From contig OZ037847.1 in NCBI GenBank assembly GCA_964035575.1, positions 62,001 to 126,000 on the forward strand: DNA of 64,000 nt, read 5' to 3'. Below the pieces are notes generated by a model. It ran no database searches and was not told the DNA's origin. It worked only from the letters and a program-made list of their open reading frames with translations. This document shows, in pieces, positions 33,784 to 46,185 of this stretch; positions within the stretch are counted from its first letter, which is position 1; each line of letters begins with the position of its first letter. The DNA is from Rhynchopus sp. YZ270_cl-10. Taxonomy: Eukaryota. Both the position numbers and the translations under genes were made by a program.

Positions 33784-35091
33784 CTACAACACACACAACC
33801 GCCGTGCGCAGACTTTGCCAAAGCTAAAGTAGAGGATCTCACCTCCGCAGGCCAGAACCAACTTCGGCGCCACGTCGTGTGTTCGTGTTGGCACAACCGT
33901 CTCTGTCGCATGATTCATGTGCAGCACCTCACCTGTTTCAATGGACATAAACGTCGAGCCCACGTCGTACTGATACGTCACAAAGAACCCTCGTGTTACC
34001 GATATCGCAACAGTGTTGCTCCGTGAGATAGACACCGTCCGCAGACACACCCCATCCGGAAGCAGCCACACCTTTACGTGCGAGCGGTTGGAACTCACAG
34101 CATGTGTGCCACACTCGCTGGTAGAGAGGTCGGTGCATTCTGCCGTGTCGTTGAGAGACTGCACGTAGGCCCCATCTGCGAGCTTCCACTGTTTGAGGCC
34201 AAGCTTTCCGTGTGAGGAGAGGATGTGGCGGCTGGTCACGGCAAGGCAGTGTGAGGTCTTCTTGTCGGGGATGCTGAAGTCGAGCGCACCGGTGACGACA
34301 CTCCACTTCTTAATGGAGTCGACTGCACCTACGGAGACGACGTGCTCGCCGCAGCGTGAGAAGCAGACGTTCGCCGCACCGTACGCGTGGCTCTCCCGCC
34401 ATGCGTGCACCACACGCGCAGACGCGACACACCGCACCATGATGTCCTTCCCGCAGCTCGACACCACGTACCGCCCACAGCGCGAAAACTGCACACCAAA
34501 CGTGAACTCCGCGTCCGCTTGAGGCTCTGTGTCCCACAGCTTCACACACTTTGCCGTGTCCCAGAGGGTCACCACGCCTTTGTCCTCCCCACAGGCAAGA
34601 CGCGAGCCGCACTGGCTCACTGCGATGCTATACGAAAAACTCGGGTAGTCATGCGGCACGGTGACTCCTCCCTCTGGCGAAGGCGGCGCTGCCAGCTGCA
34701 CCGGGCTGGCTACAGGCGTGTGGACGACTGCCGCCTCTACCTCCTCCACCACCTCACTGTGCACGCTGTGTGGGGAGGGGAGGGGCTCTTGGTTGGGCGA
34801 GGAGTGCAGGTATTCACCTCCGTCGCTGGCCAGCTTTTTGTACTGCGGCGGGGTGGTGGCGGCGGCGGTGGTGGCTGTGTGGTGCAGGCTGCTGACGTCA
34901 ACTGCACGGTCAGAAAGCTGGAACCCCATCCCCTCCTCCCCCTCCACGACACGCACAGCGACGTTGACAGCACCGTTCTGCCCAGCATGAAGCTCCTCTA
35001 ATATGCGCGCCTTCATAAACGCTGACGACTCAACACCCAACCTCACTCCACACGACTCACCAGTCGATTCAAATGTGAAGTACAACTCCAT
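33784..35091 (-). CDS. WD40-repeat protein
   Basis: SIAVSQCGSRLACG..VTLWD; VQFSRCGRYVVS; VCFSRCGEHVVS..IKKWS; VKVW. Confidence 0.8.
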   Translation of the reverse strand: MELYFTFESTGESCGVRLGVESSAFMKARILEELHAGQNGAVNVAVRVVEGEEGMGFQLSDRAVDVSSLHHTATTAAATTPPQYKKLASDGGEYLHSSPNQEPLPSPHSVHSEVVEEVEAAVVHTPVASPVQLAAPPSPEGGVTVPHDYPSFSYSIAVSQCGSRLACGEDKGVVTLWDTAKCVKLWDTEPQADAEFTFGVQFSRCGRYVVSSCGKDIMVRCVASARVVHAWRESHAYGAANVCFSRCGEHVVSVGAVDSIKKWSVVTGALDFSIPDKKTSHCLAVTSRHILSSHGKLGLKQWKLADGAYVQSLNDTAECTDLSTSECGTHAVSSNRSHVKVWLLPDGVCLRTVSISRSNTVAISVTRGFFVTYQYDVGSTFMSIETGEVLHMNHATETVVPTRTHDVAPKLVLACGGEILYFSFGKVCARRLCVL

Positions 35092-38000
35092 TTTCTCCCC
35101 CACAGAATCTGCAAGGGGGGGTGGCAAGTGGACACGATAGGTGATAGGGGATCCTGAGAAAGGTAAAACATATTGGGAACAAACGGACTTTGTTTGAGCG
35201 TCTCTTCATAACAGGGGCATACAAAGGCATGAAGAAGCATGGGGGGACCATTGGGGGGGGTAAAACACTTTTTTCTTTTGAGGGGGTGTTGGGGAACTTT
35301 CCAACAAGCATTTGAAAAACGTCCGATCGAGTCAGGTTTTTGGACGACAATGATATTTTTTGTTTTATCGATGGAGAAAAAAAAATATCTTTTTTTTCTT
35401 TCATGTCGTTTGCTTTGTTTGTCAGAAGAGTTCCCTTTTCTGTTTTGTTGTGACAAAAAAAAAAATGTGATTTTTTCAAACAGTTTGGTATTGCAGACCA
35501 CGAGGTTTTGTGGTGCTGGTTTTGTCCTACGAAATGCTAGCCAATTCAAGGACTGGGATAATGGGGGAAAGCGAAGGAAAGGCAAATAAACAGGCGAGGG
35601 ATAATAGATCGGGGAGGGGGGGGAGAAGGCGTTGAAAAAAGTTTGTAAAGATGAACCTAAGCCTTTCTGTGCTTTCGTCAGCTTTTGAATAAAAACAAAA
35701 TTTGATAAACGTGCAGGCGTCAAATTGTGGACACAATGTACGTGGAGGGAGACCCCTCCTCTGATAAAGGAGCAAGGTTCTCATTGGGTTATTTTTCAAC
35801 ACAAAAAGTCGTTCAAACAAAACAATGTTATTTTTCTTGGCATTTTTGTTTTGACCTTTCAATGGAGGTTTCTGGCCACATACCCAATTTTAATATTATT
35901 ATAACGACGTTTGTTTTAACGCCCGATGGGTTCATTTGTTGTACTTTTTGATAATCTGCTGGTGCCATTTTTTAGACAGTCCTATCCAGAAAACACTTTT
36001 GTTTTCTTTTTCTTTTGAAATGCGTTTGCTCGCAATGCAAAAAGGAACAAAATTGAGGACACACAACTCTCGCTTCATATCTCACTCCACTTCGCCACTT
36101 TCAGAAAATCAACCAATTTTGACGAAGAAAAACCACCCGCCCACTCTCGCCAATGGCATTCGTGGGAGTTGTGTGCTACAACGTGATCATTTTGTCAGTA
36201 AGTGAGCCCCGTATAAAAGCTGAGTTGTCCCCCTCCAAGAGTCACCATCTGTATCGCTATCTATGTAGCGCTCACTGCATGATTATTGGCCAAAAAATTC
36301 CTAAAAATGGAGAAAACCTTTGCGAAAGATAACCTAAAACGTAATCACCTTTAAACGGGAAAAGATGTGGGAATGAAGGTGAAAAAGTGGGTCATTTTGA
36401 AATAAACACAAAAAAAATGTCTGTCGCAAAACAAACCCAAAAAAGAGAGAAAAAAAATTGGTAAAGATGAACCCAAGCCTCGCAGTACTTAAGCCACCAA
36501 AAATAATACGAAACGAAACTGAATACAAAACTCCTAGAAGCCCTTTCGTGGCGAAGCCCCTGTTATGTTTTTTTTTTTGCTTTTTTGGGGCACTCTGTTT
36601 TTTTCTTTGTTTCCGCAATTTAAAAAAAAAGGATAACTTGAGGTTAAGTGCCTCTCGCGAACATTTTTTTACCATGTGCAATAAAAAGAACTACCTATCT
36701 GTGAAAGTGAAGGTGTCTTTTACTTTCCTCTTTACAGCACATTATTTCCCTTTTTCGCACATTGTTACTTTTTTTTTGCTTTTAAAATTTTTGAATTTTT
36801 ATATTACCCATGAGGCACCAAAGCTAGCGTTTAGATAAAAAATGCAGCATTTCCTCTTGCAGACTGAAGAATCTCTTCTCGTCTGTCTTTTCTGAAATAT
36901 CCATCATCTGTCGTTTTACCGACCATCTCTTGTGTCGACAAGTTTTCGCATAATTTTTGTTTAAATTTTTCGCAAAAAGAAGTGGGAAATCGATATAGAG
37001 AGTTTCTCAAAAAACAAAAAAAAAGAACAAAAAAAAAAAAGGTACGTACGACCGAACATGCCACCTTATTTCATAGAAATGTAAAAATGTAAAAAGCTTG
37101 TAGTAAAGAGGATACTTTCTGTTGTCGCAAACTACTGCTATAAAAATTAAAAAAACGAAAACAAAGAAAGAGGTACTCAATCACGAGGGGGTGGCCCATC
37201 GCGTTCAGTGCAATCAGAAAAGAAAGATATACCAAATGCCGGTACCGCTGTTTTCCCCCTACTAGCCATTTTTTTTTTCCGGGACATAAAACACACGAGA
37301 GAAAGTGGGTGTTTTTTTTCAATGGGGTGGGGTGATATTCTTTTGCCTCGACAGTCGTGTTCAGAATCAAGATCCAGCGTACTTTGTGTTTTAGTCGAAT
37401 TTGGAAAAACTGCGAAGAAGGAAGAAAAAAAAAAAAACGGGTGGGAAAACGGCACCGTTCCCCCCACGAGGAGCGTCTTCTTGTGTTAAGGTTCGTTGTT
37501 TTTTTCTGTTCTGGGCTTTGTTTTGTTTTGGTTTTGCTTTTTTTTTTTTGACATTTTTTTTGATATAATACAGGGGAAAAATCCGAGAATAAAACACTAT
37601 CTCCTCATGGCGAGAAAAATGCGTTTGTACTCCAGGAAAATGGTTGGGGGAACACTAAAAGGGGAGTAAGGCGTTTTGTATATGGTCTGAATTGGAGATG
37701 TGAACCCCTCCCTCCAATGGAGAGAGGCGAAGGTACTCCCGTAATTATTTTTTTTTTGGTGGGATCTTGTGCTGATTTTTTTTTGTGGAGTAAGTGTCCT
37801 TCGTTATACAAAAACGCTTGATAAACATTTTAAAAAACTGAAGTTGACAAAACATACTCCCCCCCCCCACAGCGCAGGGATAAACTTTTTTTTTTTTTGC
37901 ATTTTCGGAAAAGTGCATTTTTTTTTCCCCCATGTGCGAAAAGAAACAGAGGCCTTTCCTCTGTCACCACACCTCAAAAGATGTTTTGTTTTGTTTTGTT

Positions 38001-41000
38001 TTGCACACAGTTTTCTTCTCCTGTTTTTTGAAAAAAAAAAATTCCCTTTTTTTTTTGGTTTCGTTCAAAATACCTAGTACGGCCATACGTGATGTGTGGT
38101 GTTGTTTTTTTTTTTCTTCTTTTTATATTTTGCTTTTTGTTTGCTTTTTTTGACAATCACCTATTGTACCAACCTTGGGAGGGTAACCAGGTGACCGACA
38201 CAGTTGGGGGGGATTTTATTTTGTTGGTTTATTGTAGTATCAACAGCTTCCGAGTATTCAGCATTTTTTTTTTTTTTGGGTCGTCAAAATTTCACTGTTT
38301 TTTTTTTTGTGAAAAATGTAGATTTTTTTCTCTGTCCCGCTGATGTACGCGAATGGCCACACGGTACGGAGAAATGAATCACCTGTTGTACGGCTTTTAG
38401 GACAGAATAAAAAATCAACAGAAAAATAAAAAGAGAGAAAATGGAAGATGAACTTAAGCCTCCTGGGCTTAGTCACCATTAAACAAAAATGAAAGATGTT
38501 TTTTTTTAAAGATGAATCCGCATACATGCTCATCTATAAAAAAAGAGTGAAAATGTAGACAACCTCTCCAAGAGTTACGCAATAATACAATTTAAAAGTT
38601 GAATTGACTTTTGGTTTTGTGTGGAAATTCTTTTTAAAATATTTTCTTGTTTTGCAAGTCTCATGTGACCAAGACAACACGTCATTTGGGCAGAGAGACG
38701 TATGGATAAAGTCTAGATGGACCTCCGTTTTTTTTTTGAAAACTTTTTTTTACCATTCCTTTTTAGGGAACGGAGCATGTACGGTCCTGGAAGCTCCAAG
38801 AAAAATGGAGTCGGTGGGCTTAATAGGAAGTTGCCTTTCCTAAACGTGCACACAACTGGCAAAAAAAAAAAGGAGGAGGAGGTGTCGTCACTCACCTTGT
38901 ATCATCATTGAAATACCATTGCTTACCAATTGGTACACTCCAATACTGTTGCCCCCCATGATTGATTTGTTGGAATAGTGTAGCTGCCGTAAAGACAGTC
39001 TTCACTGTTGTGTGTGTGTTTTTTTCTTTTTTTTGTGGGGGAGAAGGAGGAAAAACCCTCCCTAAGACCCACCAGGCTTTCTCTATCTGCGTGTTTTTTT
39101 TTTTTACTTTTTTTGCTGGCAAATAATCGTTCGTTTTTTTTTGGTAAACTTTTCGCAACTATGTATGTAAGTTCGTCTTGTTTCCTGTTTAAAAAGAACA
39201 ACAGCAAAGGGGGGAAATTTTCAGGACAAAAGGAAGTTAAAAAAAAGGGAGAAAATAACCCGCAGTTGCATTCAAGCAAAGTGGCTTTTTTTTTTTACTT
39301 TTTTGAAAACAGTTGACAAGCAGGAAATCACACAGCAGCCATGGGTTTTGCAATAAAGAAAACGGCCACAAATTACGAAAAAAATAAACACGAAAAAAAA
39401 ATGGGAAGATTGCAAAAAATAAGATGGCACTGCATTTTTTCATGATTTCTTTTGAACAAAAAAAAATGCGATTATCCCAACATCTTCGACATAAAGTGCC
39501 AACAAATTTCCCATATTTTTTTTTTCCACTAGAACGATTTGACACACTAGAGAGAAAAGAGAAAAAAAAACAGTGCAATTTTATGTGGAAAACCACACTT
39601 TGTTTTTTATCCACCCTTCTGAAGTTCAACCCATACGCCTCCACAAGGTGGGGATCTCTTTACCCGTGCTCTCTTTGTGTGGAGGTGGAAGGCAGTAGCT
39701 TCACACCAAGAGAGAAATAGAGCACAAAACAATAGAGAAGGAAGGGGAGGGGGAGGAGGGGAGAGGTGGAAAAGAAAGGGGGTAAACTGATATAGAGAGG
39801 GAGATCGATATGTGCGCAACAGCTAAAAAAAGATGTTGCGGTTATTGTCTTTGTTTTTTTTTTGTTTTTTTTTTGTTTTATTGGTCATCCCACAGAGTTT
39901 GACAGTATCTGGGAGGCGTTGCGCTACCCAGCCAAATCAGGTGGGTCATGTCGTATTACGTACAGTCTATTTCACTAATCAGTTTTAGTCCATTATTTTT
40001 TTGTTTGAGTCATCGGCAAAAAAAATCCCCCCCGTAATGTCTCCCTCTTGAGGGGGAAGACATCTTCATTACAAGTGCACAGTGACGCCTGTAAATGAAG
40101 TGTGGAGGGGGAAAGAACTGTATTTCCTGCATTTTCAAAAGTTTGAACGAAAAAATATGAAATATAAAATTACAACGAACACCGGTAGTCATAAAAATCA
40201 GAATAAAAGTGAAGTTATTGCAGGCCATAAAATACGAAGATGAAAAAATGCATTTTTTTGTCAGAATAAATGCACTATGCTATGACAAATGGAAAGAAAC
40301 GTCTGTTTTGTTATGTATAAAGTAAATCAACAGACAACGTCTTACGAACAAAGAAACATAAGTAACAGAACAAAAAAAAAATAGTATATATTTAAGATGA
40401 CTATGTGGTCCGGGTGCGAAAGCCGTAACCGAACTTCGCACACCGTACTCTTTTTTTTACTCTATTTGTGTGACCCTTATTTTATTACTGTTGGATCTGT
40501 ATCAGGGTATTTTGCTTTTTTGTTTGTGCTTAATTATTTTGGACACAAAATCTGTTGAATTTTTGAATCTTTCGAAAAGTCAAAAGATCAAAAAAATCTC
40601 ATTTTTTTTTTTCGGGTAAAAGAGCTGTTACAAAACCTTTTCTTTTGTAAAAACTGCTCAAAAAAAAAAACACAAAAAAACCCCAGAGATGAGAGGCAAA
40701 AAAAAGGGGCTCTCTGGTTTAGTACAAAAAAAAAATGTCAAAAAAATGCAATCACGTAGAGTAGAAAAAGCCTTTGGGGAAGGGGCAGGGAAACGGGAAA
40801 GTGATTTGGGGAAAAAGAGGGAAAAGGGGAAAAGGGAAGACAAGATGCAAAGCTTTGACGTCGACTGGTCTACACAAAAAAGCCATTTTTCTCCCCTCAG
40901 ACGTTCCGTCACACGGTATCATCTACTTTCCTCCCCATGCTCAACGTTGCGACCCAAAAGAAACACAAAAAAAACATAACGATTTTCTAGTTTTTTTTTC

Positions 41001-42171
41001 AGGTACGCCACGTCAAATCAAAAGGGGAAAAAAAGCAGTTGACAACATGATAACGTGCCAGACACCTTCTTGGATGCAGCAGGTACATACAAGGGCAGGA
41101 GGGAAGGGTTTTTGTGTACTATGGGAATGTAGATTGCTTTGCTTTGGAAAAGGGCAATCATTTTTTTTTTGTCACAAAAGAAAACCTTGTATTCTAATTG
41201 TACAGACCAGACCTTTTTGCTTTGCATCAGAGGGAAACGGAGGGGTTTCAAAACAAAAATATTGAAAGGTGTATGTCTCTTGTGAACAACACCTATAAAA
41301 GGAAAAAGTGAAGTTGATAGTGCAAACGCCTCTGGGACGCAGGGCACTGACACTCCGGTTGTCGAACCCCCCCGGAGTGTTAAAAATAAAGAAAAGTTTG
41401 GTAAGATGAACCTAAGCCTCGCGTGTGTGTGGCTTAGTCATGAAAACAATATGGGGAGGGGAGAAGCGAGGGAGAGGGTCTTTGCAAAGAGAGGCAAAAC
41501 ACACGAACTTACGATTTTAAAAAAATAGGAGGGAAAAGGGGAGGAGGGCCCCAAAGGGGAGGGGGAAAACTGATGCAAAATAAAAAAGGGGCTGTGCCCC
41601 TGTTGTTTGTTGTGACACTTTCTTTTTTTGGGATAGTAAGGTGTGTTGGTTTTGTTTTGTTGTTTTTTTCTGTTGTTTGTTTGTTTGTTTTTTTTTTTTT
41701 TTGAAAATGTAAAATTGATACAAAGGGTGTGACGACGCCTTCGTTTTTGTTCTCAGAGTTTTGTTCTCTTTTCAGTTTTTTGAAGCTTTTTGTATTTTCC
41801 GAGAAAAATGTGTTTTTTTTGCGCTTGTTTGTTTGTTTTGTTTTTTTTTTTGAAATAGCACGAAGTAATGTTTTGCAGTATGAAAGAAGTCTAGGTTCCA
41901 TAGAAAAAATAAAGACATCAAATCAAAAACGAGAGAAAAAAGCTACGACACACACACGTGCGATGACACCGAGACACACACCCTCGAACTTGTTGTGTAC
42001 AGCCACAAAAATAAAATGGAACACATGTTGGACAACAATGAAAAATCATTCCCAACAAATTTTTACGTGCGGGGCTTTTGGCTGAGTTTTGGGGGAAAAG
42101 AAAGTGAAAACAGGTGAGGGTGCGGTCATCGGGTTATGTGTGTGCGCCTTGCAGGGTTTGTTCTCTTACAT

Positions 42172-43616
42172 TCAGTACCTCCCTGAGCGTGGCGGGGAGA
42201 GCGACGAGAGACGCTTCATGGAGAGCTCCTGGCCTGAGCGCGGTGTCACCATCTGGGACTGCACCCTGCGTGGGGAGCTCATCATGGCGGAGCCGAGTCT
42301 GACGACCTTACGTGGGCTCTTCTCGCCTGATGGGGACACGGAGCGCAGGGACTGGCCACGTGTGAGGCGGCTGGGGCTGGGCGACAGCGAGTTGGTGCTC
42401 ATGCCGCGGATCATCTTGATCTCGCTGTCGAGTCTAGGGATGCTCATCGCACTGCTCTCGGCCTCTGCCACACGCTCCTTCGCAGCACGCAGACGGTCGC
42501 GCAGGTTGCTGTTCTCCTCCTCCACCTCCCGCAGCTCGGCAACCTTCTGGTCCACCGCCACTGCAAGCGTGTCAGCATTGACACGTGTCCTCCGCGCCTC
42601 ACCCTCGATCACAGTCATCTCCGTCTCAACCTTGCTCAATGCCGCCTCCACCTCAGCCTTCTCCATCGACAGCTCTGCCACCTGGCGTTCGCGCACAACA
42701 AGCGTCTCCTCAGCCTCGCGCACGCGCTTGCGGCCCGAGATGAGCTCGTCACGCTGCTTCTTGAGCTCGTCGCAGAGAAGTGTCGCCTGGCTCTCCTCTG
42801 TGCCTTGAAGGAGGCGTGCCTCGAGTTCCTGCCTGCGCGTCACTTCGAAGAGAAGCTGCTCCGCAAGGGCTTGCTCGCGACCGTTTGTGGTGCCGGTGAA
42901 TTCGGAGATGGTGTTCTGTTGTTGGAAAGTTGAAATGGCAAAAAGTCAACAGGTCATACCAAAAGCTCGTCCTCAGGCTCAAGACGGTCGAACATCTTCG
43001 CCAGCTGCATGTGCACTGTCATCCACGCAGAGTGGATGGTGTCCCTGCAGCGTGCCTCCGAAGACTGCACATCCTTCAGCAGTTGTGTGTCGCGGAACTC
43101 GACCAGCCTGCGCAGCTCACGCACCTGGCTGCGCAGCTCGCTGTTGTCCTGGTTGATGGTGGTCTCGGACGTCTTTGCCTCAAGCGCCTCTTCCTTGAGC
43201 TTCGACACCTGCGCGAAGAGGTCCACAACGTTCGGCAGCGGCCCCTTCACACCTGTCGTCTTCGGCGCCTCTGCCTTCTTTGCGTAGTTTGCGAGGAAGC
43301 CGCTCGACTCCTTTGCGACGTACTCCTGCTCAAACTTCTTCACAGCAGACATACCACGGGCACGGCCCTTCTTCTGCTGGCCACCAGGCGGCGCAGTCCC
43401 GGGCACGCCAAGCGAGCCACCAAGCATACCTGCAGGCGCCTTGCCGGGGTTCAGCGCACCATTCGCAGGGCTCTTGTTGGCGAACGATCCACGGCGCTTG
43501 CGCTTCTCGGGAACAGGCGCGCCAAGTGTCGCGCTGGCACCTCCACGCGGGGACAACGGAGGTGCAGCGGTGTTGCCTGCAGGCACGTCAATGGTGATGC
43601 TCATGAAGTCAGCCAT
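42172..43616 (-). CDS. Coiled-coil hypothetical protein; intron 42916-42959
   Basis: 44-nt GTATGA..CAG intron joins two ORFs in phase 0. Confidence 0.75.
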
Positions 43617-43673
43617 TTGGAAAAGGTGTGTGAGAGTGGTGTTGTGTAGAAAAGAAAGTCTGCATGAGTGTTA

Positions 43674-43805
43674 CCGTATTCGTAAATATGTTCGACCGTA
43701 CTAATGTTCGACCGTAAATATGTTCGACCGTAATAAAGTTCGTCATTTTCCGGATTTTTCTGGAAGTTCGACACTTTTTACGGTAGAACATATTTACGAA
43801 TACGG
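43674..43805. mobile_element. Tc1/mariner-type MITE (132 bp)
   Basis: 27-bp TIR CCGTATTCGTAAATATGTTCKACCGTA with 1 mismatch; TA on both flanks. Confidence 0.85.
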
Positions 43806-44092
43806 TATAAGGATATGAGAGGGGCTGTGACAAAAAAAGCAAAAAGTCCAGTATTTTCTATCTAAAACCCTTTTGTGTATAATCAACACATAATCAACCC
43901 CGAAAGGTTGCTCGCCTGAACAGATGGCCAACCCAGGCTTAATTACCCTGGGCATCCACTAATCCCCTTTCTCCCCTGACGAGTGGTGTCGGGAGGAGAA
44001 CGTCCGTAACAAATCACTGATAGATGCTTGTGATGACTTCATCGAGACTGCACTACAGGGTCCACACCACTATCAACATCACTCAAATGGCT

Positions 44093-46081
44093 TCACACCC
44101 CCGTGGATGCGCAAACGAACCCTGGGTAGCGCTCATTCCCGGGAAGCCACATCTTGAGGTCGAGCACCTCTAAGGGGGTTGCTGCGGGGTGCTTCTGGTC
44201 GACGTGCACTGTGCGGTCCTCGTCGCCCTCCTCCTCATCTTCATCCTCACCGTCCTCGCTCCCCAGTCGCTGCCCTGCCCTGTGCGGTGGGTAGCGCTGT
44301 GCGTGGTCTGCGAGGATGATGCGTTCCTGCAGTGTGGGCAGAGCGGCAATGCGGTGCGCCTCTTGTGCCTCATGCGACATGCGCCGCCCAAGGTGCGTCT
44401 GCACACCTGCTGCGTCCTCCTCCTCCTTCGCCGCACGCAGGGCGGAGAGGTACGCGGAGTGCGCAGCCTCTGCCGTCACACCTTCGCTGGCGTCGTTCTC
44501 AGTGTCACACATAACATTCACATCGACACTGTGCAGCTGCGCCACCTCTGCCGCATGCCTGCACAGTGCAGGGAGGCGTCCCTGCCAGGACACCACCTTC
44601 AGGCGGAACTCACGCCACACTTCGTCGAGACCGAGACGCATTTCATCTTGGCGAGTTTGGTTGACCAAAGGCGCAGTGGTGACACGCAGGGCTGACGCGA
44701 GAAGGGAGACAAGCCTGCTCTTCGATGTGCGTGCGATGTCGATATGCGCCATGGCCGCCTCGCTGTCGCCATGCAGAATGAGAGGATGCACGGCTGCCAG
44801 GTGCACGTTGTGCACCAACGGGAGTAGCGCCTTTTCTGTCACAATGTTCGCCGCTGCGAGGACGTGCTGTGTGGCGGCAGCGGCGTTCAGAAGCGCGCAC
44901 TGCATCTGAGCGGACACGAGGTGCAGACCTACCTCCGCCTTATAAGACAGCCCTGTGCGCGTGGTCGTAGATGTGCGGAGCGTCTGCAGTGCGCTGCTGG
45001 CTGCGTGCAAGGCGCGGATGCGCATACCCTTTTCTGCCCACACCAGGATGCGCGACAACTCTGCTGCCTCGGTGTGGCTTTCTGCATACGGCATGCCCAT
45101 GAGCTCCCATGCTGTGACGTCGTCTGTCTTGCGCATATCCTCCACCGTCTGGATCGTTGTCTCCTCCTCGCCGTCAAAGCGCACAGTAACCGTACGCTCA
45201 TAAGAACCCCGCACCACCGTGCAAGGGTACCACTCCCCGTCCTCATACCCTTCTGCACGCATCTTCTTAATGTACCGTGGTACCGAAACAGTCGCGTCTT
45301 CTGCCTTCCTCTTGCGTGGCCGCCCAAGAGACGCCTCGTAGACGTCCATCAGCTGCCCCACAGCCTGGCTGACGTCTGCGTCGATGACGTCTTTTTCTTT
45401 TGTTTCCTTTTCCTTCTCCTCTTCCTCCTCTTCTTCTTCCTCTTCTTCTTGTTCTTGTTCTTCCTCCTCCGCATCCATCATTGCAGAGAGAACGTCCTTC
45501 TCCACTGGGGGCGCGGTGTCTCGCTCTGACTGGTTGAGGAGCGGGCGTGTGGAGGAAGGGACGGCGTCGTAGTGTGGCGCGCCTACCTCTGGTGGTGCGG
45601 GTGTGCCGTTGTCGTTGAGGCCGAGGAGCGGGGTGTAGAGTGCGCGCAGGGATGTGAAGTATTTGAGCCATCTGCGTTTGTTGAAGGCGCGGGCTTCTGT
45701 GCAGGCAGAGGCGATGAGGGTGAGGCATGCTTGTGTGTCGCCTGCGGTGTGCTGGTGGGCACGGATGCGGAGTGCAGAGAAGCGGAGCACCATCTCAGGG
45801 GAGAGAGCATGGCGGCTGTGCAGGCGGCGCAGCTCATCGATGCAGACGCGTACAGCACGCACGGCCTTGTCGTGCTCCCATGTGAGGCAGATCTCGCACA
45901 TACGCATGCGCACAACAGCCTCCTCGTGAGGCGCAAGTTGTTCCTTCGTGTCTGTGCTGCACAATGCATGGAGCATCGCATAAGCGTAAGTGTCGCGTCC
46001 TTCGCTTACCAGAACATCGCCGAGACGCAGTGCCTCCTTAAGGAGGATGCGCGACAGCTCGCGTGGTGTGTTGTGGCTCAT
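44093..46081 (-). CDS. Helical-repeat protein, possibly MAU2/Scc4-like, with acidic tract and Tudor-like insert
   Basis: N-terminal LAPHEEAVVRMRMCEICL resembles the MAU2 N-terminus; DGEWYPCTVV..VTVRFDG is Tudor-like; NLS-like PRKRK. Confidence 0.55.
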   Translation of the reverse strand: MSHNTPRELSRILLKEALRLGDVLVSEGRDTYAYAMLHALCSTDTKEQLAPHEEAVVRMRMCEICLTWEHDKAVRAVRVCIDELRRLHSRHALSPEMVLRFSALRIRAHQHTAGDTQACLTLIASACTEARAFNKRRWLKYFTSLRALYTPLLGLNDNGTPAPPEVGAPHYDAVPSSTRPLLNQSERDTAPPVEKDVLSAMMDAEEEEQEQEEEEEEEEEEEKEKETKEKDVIDADVSQAVGQLMDVYEASLGRPRKRKAEDATVSVPRYIKKMRAEGYEDGEWYPCTVVRGSYERTVTVRFDGEEETTIQTVEDMRKTDDVTAWELMGMPYAESHTEAAELSRILVWAEKGMRIRALHAASSALQTLRTSTTTRTGLSYKAEVGLHLVSAQMQCALLNAAAATQHVLAAANIVTEKALLPLVHNVHLAAVHPLILHGDSEAAMAHIDIARTSKSRLVSLLASALRVTTAPLVNQTRQDEMRLGLDEVWREFRLKVVSWQGRLPALCRHAAEVAQLHSVDVNVMCDTENDASEGVTAEAAHSAYLSALRAAKEEEDAAGVQTHLGRRMSHEAQEAHRIAALPTLQERIILADHAQRYPPHRAGQRLGSEDGEDEDEEEGDEDRTVHVDQKHPAATPLEVLDLKMWLPGNERYPGFVCASTGV

Positions 46082-46185
46082 GTTTGTCTGGTTGGTGATG
46101 TTGTGGGTGGTGGGTTGTGGGGGAAGCGAAAATGTGGGTAGTGGTGGGGGTGTTTGTAGTTCAATTGTGTGTATGAATTTTGGTT

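Noticed and set aside
35043..42085. Short K/F-rich ORFs
   Set aside because: Products of poly-A/poly-T tracts
43977..44070. Hammerhead or group I intron core
   Set aside because: CTGACGA is present but lacks the downstream GAAA and stems; no convincing P7 pairing
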